Assembly (NCBI GenBank): GCA_036170915.1
Contig: JAVHQC010000005.1
Location: 36,651 to 100,650, forward strand
DNA length: 64,000 bases
Origin: Cyanobacteria bacterium auto_48_18
GTDB lineage: Bacteria; Cyanobacteriota; Vampirovibrionia; Obscuribacterales; Obscuribacteraceae
Reading direction: 5' to 3'
Made by a program: the position numbers and the translations under genes. The notes under the pieces were generated by a model. It ran no database searches and had not been told where the DNA came from. It was given only the letters and a program-made list of their open reading frames with translations. Shown piece after piece: positions 49,202-59,441 of this stretch (the stretch's first letter is position 1; each line of letters begins with the position of its first letter).

Positions 49202-50986
49202 CTAAGCCTCTTCCAAAGAGAAACTGAAACGGCTTCCCTGACCTTCCTCGCTGTCGACTATCAAGTCGCTTTCGTGCAACCTTACGATCTGCCTGGCTAT
49301 AGAAAGTCCCAGGCCGAAGCCGCGATTAGCGTCCGATAAGTTGACTTGTCTATAGCTATCAAAAATCAATTCTCGTGAGGCCTCGGGAATGCCAGGACCG
49401 TGGTCTTCCACAAAGAACTCGACTTGATTTCCCCGCCCTACAGAGCCAATCTTGACCACCGAGTCACGCGAAGAAAATTTGATGGCATTCGACAGCAGGT
49501 TGATGAGCACTTGCTGTACGCGGTCAAAATCAGCGTATACCTCGGCATCTGATCGAACCACGTTAATTGATACCCCTTCATGCTGAGCAAACTCGGCCAA
49601 ACTTTCGACTGCACGCTTTACGATGGAGTCGGCATCGCAGGCTCTTATCTCGACCTTAAGAGCGCCAGCTTCATTACGTGAAAAATCAAGAATATTGGAG
49701 ACTAACCTGATCATCGAATCAATATTTCGAGCTGTTCGCTCTGCTCGTTCCTGAACCTTAACCGGAACGCCGTCGTAGCCGCCAGTTGCTAGCGCGGTGA
49801 GAAAAACTTGGGTGGAGGCAAGCGGTGCCCTGATATCATGACTGACGATATCCATAAAGCGAGCCTTAGAGCGCTCCAGCTCCAGCCTATCGCTAATATC
49901 GGTAGTCGACAAAATAAAGAAATCGCGTTCTCCTTGCTCGATTCTGATCAACGAGCAGGTAACATCTACGACTCCGTCATCTATGCGCCGGAGCTTAGTC
50001 TCGAAAGGGCGCCCAGTAGAGATCTCTTCTAGCTTGGTGTCTGCCAAAGCCTCAATGAACTGAGACAGGCTGCCATTATGCAGTTCCTGTTCGGTATGTC
50101 CAAGCATTTCTAGGAAACGGTCATTACATGATATCAACTGGCCTTCCGGTGTGAGCAAGACAATTCCTACAGGGGCGCTATCAATTATCAGCCTTACATG
50201 CTGTTCACTATCCTGCAATCGTTGAATCAAGCCTTCTACCGTGAAAGCCATTTGATGGAAAGACCGGTCAAGAAAAGCAATCTCGTCCTTTCCTGCCATC
50301 GCCGGAATTAGCTTTTTGCCGTCAGCAAAGAGCTTCGAATTAGTGGTTAGAATTCTCAGCTTCGAAACCACAGCCTTTACGAAAAAGAATAACAATCCGC
50401 CGGAAATCACTAAATTGACCAATTCTCCTAATACGAGAATTTGAAGCATCGACTTCTTTCTCTTGAGCGAAGAGTCCGAAGTTTCTCTAAGAAGCAACTT
50501 CTTAGAGTTAATCAGTTCCTTCATGCAGCCAAAAAGACGGCGCACTTTCTCGCGCCCCATATTGAAAGCAACAAACTTTTCTACTTCGATCTGTTCATCA
50601 AGCTTGACTCTATCCACAAATGAAACCACTAGGCCTTCCAGTTCTCTAGCTATCGAACTAGCTTTAGCCAAAGTTTTCACCGAGCCAGGATCGGCCCCGA
50701 GCTTAGGACCAAGAGACTTTAACTCTCTCCGAAACGATGCCACCTCCGATTTCAGACGCAATGCCGTCTCGTCATCTGGATGAGCCACGTAAAGTGCGCT
50801 CAGGCGTTCTGCATCGAAGAATCTGTTGATGAGAGTCTGCATCTCATCAATTGTCACTCGAGCATCGCGTTCGATTCTTGTATCTTCCATCGAATCAAGA
50901 ATTAAGCCATATAACGAGGACGCCAGAAGCAGCTGTACCAAAACCGTAAAGCTGATGAACACGCTCGCTCTTTGGGTGAGTGTCAT
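49202..50986 (-). CDS. Membrane sensor histidine kinase (TM-HAMP-PAS-HisKA-HATPase), intact
   Basis: SHDIRAPL H-box, NLLSNAIKF, DHGPGIP, GFGLGL. Confidence 0.93.
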   Translation of the reverse strand: MTLTQRASVFISFTVLVQLLLASSLYGLILDSMEDTRIERDARVTIDEMQTLINRFFDAERLSALYVAHPDDETALRLKSEVASFRRELKSLGPKLGADPGSVKTLAKASSIARELEGLVVSFVDRVKLDEQIEVEKFVAFNMGREKVRRLFGCMKELINSKKLLLRETSDSSLKRKKSMLQILVLGELVNLVISGGLLFFFVKAVVSKLRILTTNSKLFADGKKLIPAMAGKDEIAFLDRSFHQMAFTVEGLIQRLQDSEQHVRLIIDSAPVGIVLLTPEGQLISCNDRFLEMLGHTEQELHNGSLSQFIEALADTKLEEISTGRPFETKLRRIDDGVVDVTCSLIRIEQGERDFFILSTTDISDRLELERSKARFMDIVSHDIRAPLASTQVFLTALATGGYDGVPVKVQERAERTARNIDSMIRLVSNILDFSRNEAGALKVEIRACDADSIVKRAVESLAEFAQHEGVSINVVRSDAEVYADFDRVQQVLINLLSNAIKFSSRDSVVKIGSVGRGNQVEFFVEDHGPGIPEASRELIFDSYRQVNLSDANRGFGLGLSIARQIVRLHESDLIVDSEEGQGSRFSFSLEEA

Positions 50987-51084
50987 TTTTAGTCACATCA
51001 ATTAGAACAGTTTGTTAATGCAACTAGTCTGATGTGTAGATTGCTTCAAAGCAAGACATGACAACACCGGAACCACCTAGACAT

Positions 51085-52848
51085 CTAGCCTTCAGCAAAG
51101 GCAGGGAGCTGAAACAATATCACTGCTCCGCCGCTCTCGGCGTTCTCTGCCCTGATAGAGCCACAGTGCCTCTCGATGATTGTTCTACAAACACTCAGCC
51201 CCAAGCCCGTGGATGGCACCGTATTCTGCGATTGATTGTCAGCCTGCTGGTAAGCTGTGAAAATCGTGGCCAAGGCCTTTTCGGGTATTCCAGCTCCGCT
51301 ATCGCTAATGGAAAAACTGACAACGTTCTTGAGCAACTTAGACTCAACTTTGATGGTGCCATTTTCAGGAGTAAACTTAATAGCATTAGAGAGCAAATTG
51401 ATGATTACCCGCTCTAATTCCCACCTGTTGCAAGCTATCATCGCAAATTCTGGTCGTGCAACTATAGTAATTTGTTTCTTCCAAGCTAGATTGCGAACCG
51501 CATCAACAGCGTCACCTATAACTGCCTGATTAATACAGAAATCAAGATCAAGACCACCTTCAGCCGTATCACAATCGGCCTGATTAAGTTGATTTAGCAA
51601 AATAGCCAATCGCTCTACATTGCCCTTAATTGACAAAACATGCTTGTTCTCGGCGGCACCAGGACCTTCAAGTGATGACAGCGAAGCACTAGCTTCCTTC
51701 ACCATAGCTAAGGGCACGCCTAGCTCAGTAGTCAAATAAGCGCCCATCTGCTCACGCACTAGAGACATGTTGGTGGCATCTGTTACGTCCATGACCAGAG
51801 TAAAGTAAGACTGATGTTGTTCGCTCCAATTAACGGTCCAACTAGTGTGCAGGGGCATAGCTTTGTGGTTTACCAGTGTCAGCTTGGTGGTCATTTTCTT
51901 TTGCTCATCTCTGGCCCGCTCAAAAACGGTCTCCAGGCGCAAACGAACAACATCATCAAATAGAGTAAAGAAAACTATTTTGTCGAGTTTGGAAGATTGA
52001 GGATCGATCTGCAGCCAGCGCAAAGCCGACTGATTGGCCATCAGTATGCGACCGTCTGCATCTAAACGACAGATTAAGGCTGGTGAAAGCTCATAAAGTT
52101 GCTTCTGCTCTGCATAGGCAGCAGTCAGTTCAGAGCTTATTTGGTGCAAGCAGTCATCAACAGCCTCGATTTCTGCCGGTGCTTGTACTGGCAAATTAAG
52201 CGCTTGGCCATGGCCTAACCTTCTGGCATTATCAAGGATGATCGAGAGCGGCCTGTAAACCAGTCGAAAAATTAGCAATGTCATTGCCACTAAAGATAGT
52301 GTCAGACCTAGCCAGCCAACATGCAAGTAATTGCGCAATCTTTCACTTCCAGCCAGGTTGTCGAACTCAATCTGATTGCGCTCATGATTTACTTCGCGGG
52401 CAGCGCCCAGTAGTATCTCAAACAAATACACTGATTGCTCAGCAACGGTTTTTGTAGTTATAGAAGAAGGTCCGCTAGCATATTGACGCAAACGTTCAGC
52501 ATTCTTTTTTGCTTGTTCCAATTGCTGCCTTTTGGTCTGTGAAAGCACAGGCAAGCTTAAGATATTGCTGATGCGACCACTCAATTCTGAGGGCAACGAC
52601 AACTCTTGCAGCGTTGAAACTAACCTCGGATTATCGACTTGGAATTTGACAAAGAACATATACTCAAGCAAATCAATGATTAGCTTATTTATTCGCTTCG
52701 AGCATTCCTCTGCCTCAAGTTCACGTTTAATTGAAGCTTCAGCAAGTACCAACTGATAATTTATCAAAGCCAAAAATGACAGCTGACAAAGCAAAGGCAG
52801 GGCAAAAAGAATAAGACCAGCCAAGGAAAGTGAAAGTTTCTTCTTCAT
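51085..52848 (-). CDS. Sensor histidine kinase lacking the phosphoacceptor His (ATPase motifs intact)
   Basis: H-box reads TTELGVPL; NLLSNAIKF, DSGAGIP and STGLGLS are present. Confidence 0.85.
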   Translation of the reverse strand: MKKKLSLSLAGLILFALPLLCQLSFLALINYQLVLAEASIKRELEAEECSKRINKLIIDLLEYMFFVKFQVDNPRLVSTLQELSLPSELSGRISNILSLPVLSQTKRQQLEQAKKNAERLRQYASGPSSITTKTVAEQSVYLFEILLGAAREVNHERNQIEFDNLAGSERLRNYLHVGWLGLTLSLVAMTLLIFRLVYRPLSIILDNARRLGHGQALNLPVQAPAEIEAVDDCLHQISSELTAAYAEQKQLYELSPALICRLDADGRILMANQSALRWLQIDPQSSKLDKIVFFTLFDDVVRLRLETVFERARDEQKKMTTKLTLVNHKAMPLHTSWTVNWSEQHQSYFTLVMDVTDATNMSLVREQMGAYLTTELGVPLAMVKEASASLSSLEGPGAAENKHVLSIKGNVERLAILLNQLNQADCDTAEGGLDLDFCINQAVIGDAVDAVRNLAWKKQITIVARPEFAMIACNRWELERVIINLLSNAIKFTPENGTIKVESKLLKNVVSFSISDSGAGIPEKALATIFTAYQQADNQSQNTVPSTGLGLSVCRTIIERHCGSIRAENAESGGAVILFQLPAFAEG

Positions 52849-54653
52849 GGCGATTGACCCGCTTTGTTTGGAGCAGTCGCAAATAAAATAGTAGCCTCGC
52901 TGTATGTATTGTCTGATTTCAGCAAGGTCAGAGTAGCGAAATGTTTGCGCAGAACAGATTCGACAAGATAAAACGACATAGGCAAAGAGAGCATCGCTAT
53001 TAGATCTTGGCTGATTTCTTGGCTGACCGGCTCACTAAGCTTCTCAGCCGGCTGCGGCGCCGACGCCAAGGCTAGATTTGCAGATTGCAGTTTGAGGTTG
53101 AGCGCCAAATCATTGCCGCTGGAATTAAGGGTCGCGGTGAATAGATCGCCAGGCAAAGAACTCTGCAGCAAAAAGCAAAAGAGAATTTCTAAAACTTTCT
53201 GCAACTGAAGAGCATCACCATTTAGAAATTGCGGTGCTCCAATAATCTCGAGCTCAACTTCATCGTAACTTTTTGAGGCTCGATCAAGAGCCTGCACTGT
53301 CACTTCAAGCAAATCTATTTGACTTGCAGCCAAACCCAAATTGCCTGATTCTAGCTTTTTCCAATCGAGCACGTCAGTAATAAGATCAGTCAACTTGATA
53401 CTCTGAGCCAACCCGCTACTAAGGCTGCTCTTTTCATGATCATTCATTTGAGCAGCCTTTGTCGCCTGCAATAATTGAAAAGCTGTTGAAATGGACATCA
53501 ATGGTGTGCGCATATCATGATTGAGCGAAGCAATAATGTCCTCGCGAAATCTTTCGATGCGCTTTGCTTTGGTAATGTCATGCGAAATGCAAAAATACTC
53601 TTGTGTATTGGAGTTCCATTTGACGATCCACAAGAAGTAAGCATCAATGCCACTGGGGTCACGATGTCTAAGCTCCACCGTACATGGAAAATCTGCTAAT
53701 TTCGCCTGAGTCAAGCAATTCTGCAACAACTCTTCCGAGCCATCATCAAGAATGTCTGCAATGCAGCTCCCGATAAGATAGCTACTGGGATAGCCCCAGA
53801 ATATTTCAGATAACTGATTTACCGCTAGGAGCTTGCCGTCAGCAGTTAAAGAGCAAAGCACATCTCCAGAATATTGCAGAACTGCTAGCTGCTGCCTATG
53901 AAGTTGATCAAGAGCAGAAATAGCCGCAGCAACGCTTGCATCTAATGCAGCTATCTCATCGCCGCCCGTTAACGACTTTAACTTTTGACCAGAGCTGAAT
54001 AGCTTTATGCGTTCAGGCAGCTGCTTCAAGCGACTTACCAATAGCCGATTGAATGCGAGCAAAGACAAACAAAAAATTAGAACCGCTAGAAGTATGCCGC
54101 TTGCATTGAGCGCGGCAATCGTTTGCGACTCTTTAGCCAACGCCTCGCGAGCCAACGTTTGCATCGAATCTTCAGCAGCAAGACCGTGGTTTAGCAAAGT
54201 TCTAGCCGATACAGCAACCAAGTAAACTTCAAATCTTGTGCTCTTTTCGCGGCCAATTGAATCTACTTTTGAAATCTGCTGATAAAGCCCCGTCAAGCGG
54301 TCGCCCAGTTCAGTGAACTCTTCAGCAATAACCTTCATGCTAGGGTTCTTAGCTACAGCCTTATCAAGGTCGGTTTGCGACTTCTGCATAAGCTGCATAG
54401 TACCGGCGAGAAGTGTCTGCGCCTGAGGACTGAATATTTGTCCCTTACCAATCGAGCTATTCATGCCCTGAAGCAAAGCTACTTCAAATTGCTGCAAACC
54501 CACAAGTGCAGCAACTGATACTCGATGCTTCAAATATTCCTCTTCAAGTCGGGCAAGCGATAATGAGGCCCCGCCGACAATGATCAATGCACTGATGATC
54601 GACGGCACGAGCAGCAGCAATATTTTCAGTCGCAGTGAATATGTGAATAGCAC
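52845..54653 (-). CDS. Sensor histidine kinase with intact H-box and degenerate ATPase domain
   Basis: NHDMRTPL present; N-box reads QKVLEILFCFLLQS; no DxGxG or GxGL. Confidence 0.85.
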   Translation of the reverse strand: MLFTYSLRLKILLLLVPSIISALIIVGGASLSLARLEEEYLKHRVSVAALVGLQQFEVALLQGMNSSIGKGQIFSPQAQTLLAGTMQLMQKSQTDLDKAVAKNPSMKVIAEEFTELGDRLTGLYQQISKVDSIGREKSTRFEVYLVAVSARTLLNHGLAAEDSMQTLAREALAKESQTIAALNASGILLAVLIFCLSLLAFNRLLVSRLKQLPERIKLFSSGQKLKSLTGGDEIAALDASVAAAISALDQLHRQQLAVLQYSGDVLCSLTADGKLLAVNQLSEIFWGYPSSYLIGSCIADILDDGSEELLQNCLTQAKLADFPCTVELRHRDPSGIDAYFLWIVKWNSNTQEYFCISHDITKAKRIERFREDIIASLNHDMRTPLMSISTAFQLLQATKAAQMNDHEKSSLSSGLAQSIKLTDLITDVLDWKKLESGNLGLAASQIDLLEVTVQALDRASKSYDEVELEIIGAPQFLNGDALQLQKVLEILFCFLLQSSLPGDLFTATLNSSGNDLALNLKLQSANLALASAPQPAEKLSEPVSQEISQDLIAMLSLPMSFYLVESVLRKHFATLTLLKSDNTYSEATILFATAPNKAGQSP

Positions 54654-54747
54654 AGCAGAAATGCTACCACTAGTCAGCTAAATGGTTTGCCGATAAACTT
54701 GCCTAAAGCAGTCAAGGAAACCTTGAATTTACAGGAATATTTTCGGC

Positions 54748-55425
54748 ATGGCCAAGATTCTGCTGGTTGAAGATGAATTGCAAGCAGCAACTATGGTGCA
54801 AGAATGGATGCAGATGCAAGGCCATTTAGTTGAAATGGTGACCACTGCTGAAGACGCGCTGCAACTTCTCGCCAATTTTGAATATGACATTATCCTTTTA
54901 GACTGGAACCTTCCAGGAATATCTGGACTAGAAATGTGCAAACGGCACCGCTTACAGGGTGGCCAAACTGCCATTCTTTTCTTAACCGGAAAAGGCGATA
55001 TTGACGATCGGGCTGAAGGCCTCGATACCGGTGCTGATGATTACTTGGTTAAGCCATTTGATGTTCGTGAGTTAGCAGCGCGGGTGCGGGGGCTCTTACG
55101 CCGCCCGGCAGCAGTCGAAAGCAAAGTTCTAACGGCCCAGGGTTTAGTATTGAACACTGCCAACAAAAGCATCACATCTGGCGAAAAGTTTGAAATTCTG
55201 CGCGCCAAAGAGTGCGAAGTTCTTGAGCTGCTTCTCGTCAATCGAGGCAGTGCCTTCACCTCTAAACAACTAATTGCTGCTCTCTGGCCAGTTGAATCGA
55301 ACTCGTCTACCAATACGGTCAGACAAGTAATTAACACCCTGCGCCAGAAGCTCACTAGCGTTGGCCACGACCAACTTATCATCACCGCAGCAGGCAGCGG
55401 ATACACCATTCCATCTGACCAGTGA
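54748..55425 (+). CDS. OmpR/PhoB family response regulator
   Basis: ILLVEDE, LLDWNLP, FLT, GADDYLVKPF, LRQKL...GSGY. Confidence 0.95.
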   Translation: MAKILLVEDELQAATMVQEWMQMQGHLVEMVTTAEDALQLLANFEYDIILLDWNLPGISGLEMCKRHRLQGGQTAILFLTGKGDIDDRAEGLDTGADDYLVKPFDVRELAARVRGLLRRPAAVESKVLTAQGLVLNTANKSITSGEKFEILRAKECEVLELLLVNRGSAFTSKQLIAALWPVESNSSTNTVRQVINTLRQKLTSVGHDQLIITAAGSGYTIPSDQ

Positions 55426-55599
55426 AGCAGGGCTGAAATCTTCAGAATCCTTGTATGGCGATGTACTCTCCAGGAATTTTTTGCGCTTTTTTAGGCGTTA
55501 TTTTGTTTCACGTTGATTTGACCCCCCTGCGCTTTATCTTGTTGTCATGAAGCAGGCGCGGCCAACGAGCCTTTACTAGCAATCACCAGGAGAAGAACA

Positions 55600-56271
55600 A
55601 TGAAACATGCAGAATCTGATTTTAGAGAAGTACGCAATAACACCCAAGTTAGCGAGCAAGCTGCTGCTCAAATAGTTGCCGTTGGTCGAATGGCAGATGA
55701 GCTCTATGCTAGCGGTGTGGGAAAGAAGCCTATGATTGGCGGCCAAAGCAAATGTACAGGTGAGTCAGCGATTAAAAAATGCTTGCCCCAAATGGGCGGG
55801 GGTAATGATGACCACTCTATGGGTAGAGATAGCGATGAAGATGATGACATGAACCGCGATGGCGAACATGGCGACGATGAAGATTTTGACGGCGACGAGG
55901 ATGACAGCGAAGACGACATGAGTCGCGATGGCGAAGATGACGGCGATGAAGATTTTGACGGCGACGTCAAGGGTGGCAAAGGTAAAGAAGATTACCGCTG
56001 CAAAGATGGCGGCCAGCACAATGAGAACGAAAAGGGCGAACTGAAGAAAAACTTCAACGGTCAAGATCTACAGGGTGCCGTCGGAGATGGCAGCGTAAGA
56101 GGTGAACTCAAGCAAAACTTCAACGGGAATGATCGTCCCGTCGAAGGCGATAGAGAAAACCGAGATCACAATTCAGGCAGTCGAAATTGGCCACGCAGCT
56201 TCAGAGACAATGACGAATCACTGCCGCCTTCACTCTATATGGACAGTCCTTATCAGACATTCACTGCCTAG
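55600..56271 (+). CDS. Asp/Gly-rich low-complexity protein with internal repeats
   Basis: AGGAG RBS; 23-aa unit DDM.RDGE...DEDFDGD occurs twice; ELK.NFNG.D occurs twice; followed by a terminator. Confidence 0.7.
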   Translation: MKHAESDFREVRNNTQVSEQAAAQIVAVGRMADELYASGVGKKPMIGGQSKCTGESAIKKCLPQMGGGNDDHSMGRDSDEDDDMNRDGEHGDDEDFDGDEDDSEDDMSRDGEDDGDEDFDGDVKGGKGKEDYRCKDGGQHNENEKGELKKNFNGQDLQGAVGDGSVRGELKQNFNGNDRPVEGDRENRDHNSGSRNWPRSFRDNDESLPPSLYMDSPYQTFTA

Positions 56272-56287
56272 TTTTAGACTGACACAA

Positions 56288-56330
56288 ACAAAAATGCTGG
56301 CTGAGACTTAGTCTTGGTCAGCATTTTTGT
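56288..56330 (+). terminator. Intrinsic terminator
   Basis: ACAAAAATGCTGGCTGAGAC-TTA-GTCTTGGTCAGCATTTTTGT. Confidence 0.8.
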
Positions 56331-56519
56331 ATCATGAGCCCGTGGCAATCAGAGAGACTTGAGCGACAGAGATTGACACCACTACCTTCCAAAATTAAGG
56401 AATTGTTGCCTTGATTGAACGATGTGAATTGCAACTTCATTGGGTACATGGTGATTTAGGTTGCCTTTACTAGCTAATTTTGGGGACACTAGCCGCCGGT
56501 TTCCGGTTGGAGGTTTTAT

Positions 56520-58658
56520 TTGGGCAACGGCGATTTGAAAAAGAGCATGAGCCGTCTCTTCTGGCTCAGTTTCGTGCTCCTTTTTGCCGAAATTTTGTGT
56601 ATACGCTGGCTCGGTTTTGAACTTATTATTGTTCGCATCTTCCCGAACTTGATAGTCATGGCTGCTCTTGTCTCGACGTCGACAGGGTTGATCGCTCAGG
56701 CACGGGAAAAAACCACCGGTATCAAAAAGAGACTCTGGATTGACAATGACATTGCTCTGGCAATTGCAGCCTGTCTACTTCTTTCTAGTGCCATTTTTTC
56801 CGTGCCCTGGCATTTGACTGATCTGAGTGTTCGTTTTGAAACCGCCAGCCCCACCACTATCGCTGCCGCGGTTACTGCCATCTTTTCTGTTATCGGTTGC
56901 GTCTATATTCTCTTTCGACGCATCGGTTATCTTCTCGGCGGTGAGTTCGAGAAACATGAGCCTCTCAAGGCATATTCGGTAAATTTGTTGGGCAGTATAG
57001 TGGGAACTCTCGCTATCGGAATTGTGTCGTGGTTCAGCCTGCCACCATCGGTGGCACTACTTGTGCTGGCTGCTGCCGTTTTTTCTCTTGCTGATCAGAA
57101 AAAGGTAAAAGCTTTGTGTCTTGGCGTTGGCTTGGTATTTTCGGTGCTGGCTTTCGTGCAGTACAAAGACGTCTACTGGTCGCCCTACAGCAAGCTCACA
57201 GTTACTCCGGTGAAATCAGATAAGAATACCGTAGTCGGTCCCGGTAGCTTCGTTCTCAATTCCAACAATGCTTACTTCCATACCGGAATGCGAATTCTGC
57301 CAAAGGAGAAAGAGGCAGAGTTCCTTGCCAAGAAACCAATCTCTGAGCAAGACAAGACGATTCTCTGGTACTACAGTCGCAATAAAACTCCTTTCGAGTG
57401 TGCGCCACGGTTGGACGATGTTCTCGTGCTCGGAGCCGGCTCTGGCAATGATGTAGCCTATGGCCTTATGCGCGGTGTTAAGAAAATCGACGGTGTCGAA
57501 ATCGATCCGGTCATTGCTACATTCGGCAAAATAATTCACCCCAACAAGCCCTGGGCCGATCCTCGCGCCACGGTTCACAACGAAGATGCAAGAACTTATT
57601 TGCGATATTCAGACCGCAAGTATGACCTCGTGTTGTTCGCGAATTTGGATCCTGGTGCCACTATTAACACAGCGTCGTTTCTTCGCGTCGATAACTTCGT
57701 TTATACAGTTGAATCGATGCGGTCGGCTTTGCGCATGCTCAAACCCGACGGATTGATTGCGCTCTCGTTCGCCACTGGTCCTGATAGCATCATCACCGAT
57801 CGTCTTTACAAGACCATTGAAACCGCCAGCGGTGCCAAGCCAATGGCGTTCGTCGATGAAGAGTGGGATTCTGTTTTGTTCTTGTTCGGACCAGGAGCTG
57901 CCACTGTCGATGCTGCCAAAGTCCTGGCTCTGGAGCCGGCCCTGAAACCCTGGCCGCCTGCGGACAGGAATACCGACACGCGTGCCTGCACAGACGACTG
58001 GCCGTTTCTCTATACCAACTTTCATATGGAAGGCATGGTTCTCTATTTTTCAGTATTGCTGGTGGCGGTAGTGGTGCCTGCTCTGCTTACCATTCTGGGT
58101 ACGCCGCAGGGTTCGTCGATATCTCCCGGGGAATGGGGCAACATGTTCTTCCTTGGGCAGGCGTTCATGCTTGTCGAGACAAAGTCAATAACACAGTTGT
58201 CGTTGCTCTTCGGGGCCACATGGTTAGTAAGCTCGATCGTCATTTTGACTATCTTGATACTGGCATGGTTGGCTAATCTTGTCGTCATGAAACTTCCCAA
58301 GGCACCGCTAGCGGTGCTGTACGCTGGTCTTTTTCTTTGTTTGCTGGCAGACTTTTTCTTCACGGTTCCCGAGACTACCAACTTGCCTCCCCTGGCACTG
58401 GGTGCGATGGCATCACTCTTTGCCTGCTGTCCGATTTTATTTGGTAGCATGACGTTCTCCCGCTGCTTCAAAGATACCAAGCGACCACTGGAGCTTCTTT
58501 CGGCCAATTTGCTCGGAGTTGCTTTTGGTGGCCTGACTGAGAATCTGTGCCTGTGGTTTGGCATTAAGGGGCTACCGATTATTGGAATGGTTCTCTACGG
58601 CCTATCTGGCGTTTGTCTGCTTATTCATCAAAGGCGCAAGAAAGACCAGAGTTCATAA
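56520..58658 (+). CDS. Multi-pass membrane protein with central spermidine-synthase-like SAM-binding domain
   Basis: AYSVNLLGS..G, WSPYSK, VLVLGAGSGND, VEIDP, EDAR, TDDWPFLY, FMLVE, ANLLG. Confidence 0.85.
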   Translation: MGNGDLKKSMSRLFWLSFVLLFAEILCIRWLGFELIIVRIFPNLIVMAALVSTSTGLIAQAREKTTGIKKRLWIDNDIALAIAACLLLSSAIFSVPWHLTDLSVRFETASPTTIAAAVTAIFSVIGCVYILFRRIGYLLGGEFEKHEPLKAYSVNLLGSIVGTLAIGIVSWFSLPPSVALLVLAAAVFSLADQKKVKALCLGVGLVFSVLAFVQYKDVYWSPYSKLTVTPVKSDKNTVVGPGSFVLNSNNAYFHTGMRILPKEKEAEFLAKKPISEQDKTILWYYSRNKTPFECAPRLDDVLVLGAGSGNDVAYGLMRGVKKIDGVEIDPVIATFGKIIHPNKPWADPRATVHNEDARTYLRYSDRKYDLVLFANLDPGATINTASFLRVDNFVYTVESMRSALRMLKPDGLIALSFATGPDSIITDRLYKTIETASGAKPMAFVDEEWDSVLFLFGPGAATVDAAKVLALEPALKPWPPADRNTDTRACTDDWPFLYTNFHMEGMVLYFSVLLVAVVVPALLTILGTPQGSSISPGEWGNMFFLGQAFMLVETKSITQLSLLFGATWLVSSIVILTILILAWLANLVVMKLPKAPLAVLYAGLFLCLLADFFFTVPETTNLPPLALGAMASLFACCPILFGSMTFSRCFKDTKRPLELLSANLLGVAFGGLTENLCLWFGIKGLPIIGMVLYGLSGVCLLIHQRRKKDQSS

Positions 58659-58671
58659 TGAGGATGCTGGG

Positions 58672-59397
58672 GTGAAGTACGGACTGCTCATACTTATGCT
58701 ACTTATCACCTTCGGTCTCAGAGCCTATGCAGAACCCTTGCCAGCGCCCAGGCAGCTCACTCCGGGCGTGTACGCGGCACCGCTGCGACTGCCCGCCTCC
58801 CTTGAACCACGTCGCGCAGAATTTGAGGGAGACTTGCTCGAAGCACAGCGGCGGCTTGTCGCGTTTGCCCGGAAGCACGGTTGGACCGACTTAACTTCGA
58901 CGCCTTTGATGAAGAGTGCTGAAATTTACGACAAGAAATCTGACTATGATGAGCACCTGTACGAACTTCAGCCGACTCTGCGGGGGAAGGCAATTCCGAA
59001 GACGTTCGTCGCTGGAATAGAGCATGACGTATTTTTTGCCGTCTCACCAGAAATCGTCGATGAGGTGCTCCCCCAAGGACGCGAAAAAGACAGTTACGTA
59101 AAATTGATTCTTCACGAGCTTGTTCACCGTCTACACGTCCGCATTGTGAAAGGCAACGAGGAGCGCATGGGCCCGGTCTGGTTCTACGAAGGTTTCGCTG
59201 TGTACGGTGCAGATCAATATGCCGCGGCCTCGCCCCAATTGACTGACGACGAGATCTGGAAAATCGTGGCCGCGCCAGAGCGTGGTTCGTACTTCAAGTA
59301 CCGCACAGTCGTCATGCATTTCCTAAAACGCCGCAAGCTGCAAGCGTTGCTTGACCACGCTGGCGATGCCGATTTCGCGGTGTGGCTAAAGAAGTAG
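58672..59397 (+). CDS. Exported gluzincin-like (peptidase MA-like) protein
   Basis: Signal peptide from GTG 58672; LHELVH and WFYEGFA.Y. Confidence 0.75.
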   Translation: MKYGLLILMLLITFGLRAYAEPLPAPRQLTPGVYAAPLRLPASLEPRRAEFEGDLLEAQRRLVAFARKHGWTDLTSTPLMKSAEIYDKKSDYDEHLYELQPTLRGKAIPKTFVAGIEHDVFFAVSPEIVDEVLPQGREKDSYVKLILHELVHRLHVRIVKGNEERMGPVWFYEGFAVYGADQYAAASPQLTDDEIWKIVAAPERGSYFKYRTVVMHFLKRRKLQALLDHAGDADFAVWLKK

Positions 59398-59441
59398 CAT
59401 TTCGAACGAAATATACGTGATTTTTGCTTAGTATGGCGTGA

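Noticed and set aside
50982..50996. GTCAT/GTCAC pair at the start of the intact kinase
   Set aside because: 10-bp spacing, overlap with the start codon and wrong orientation for that gene; likely chance.
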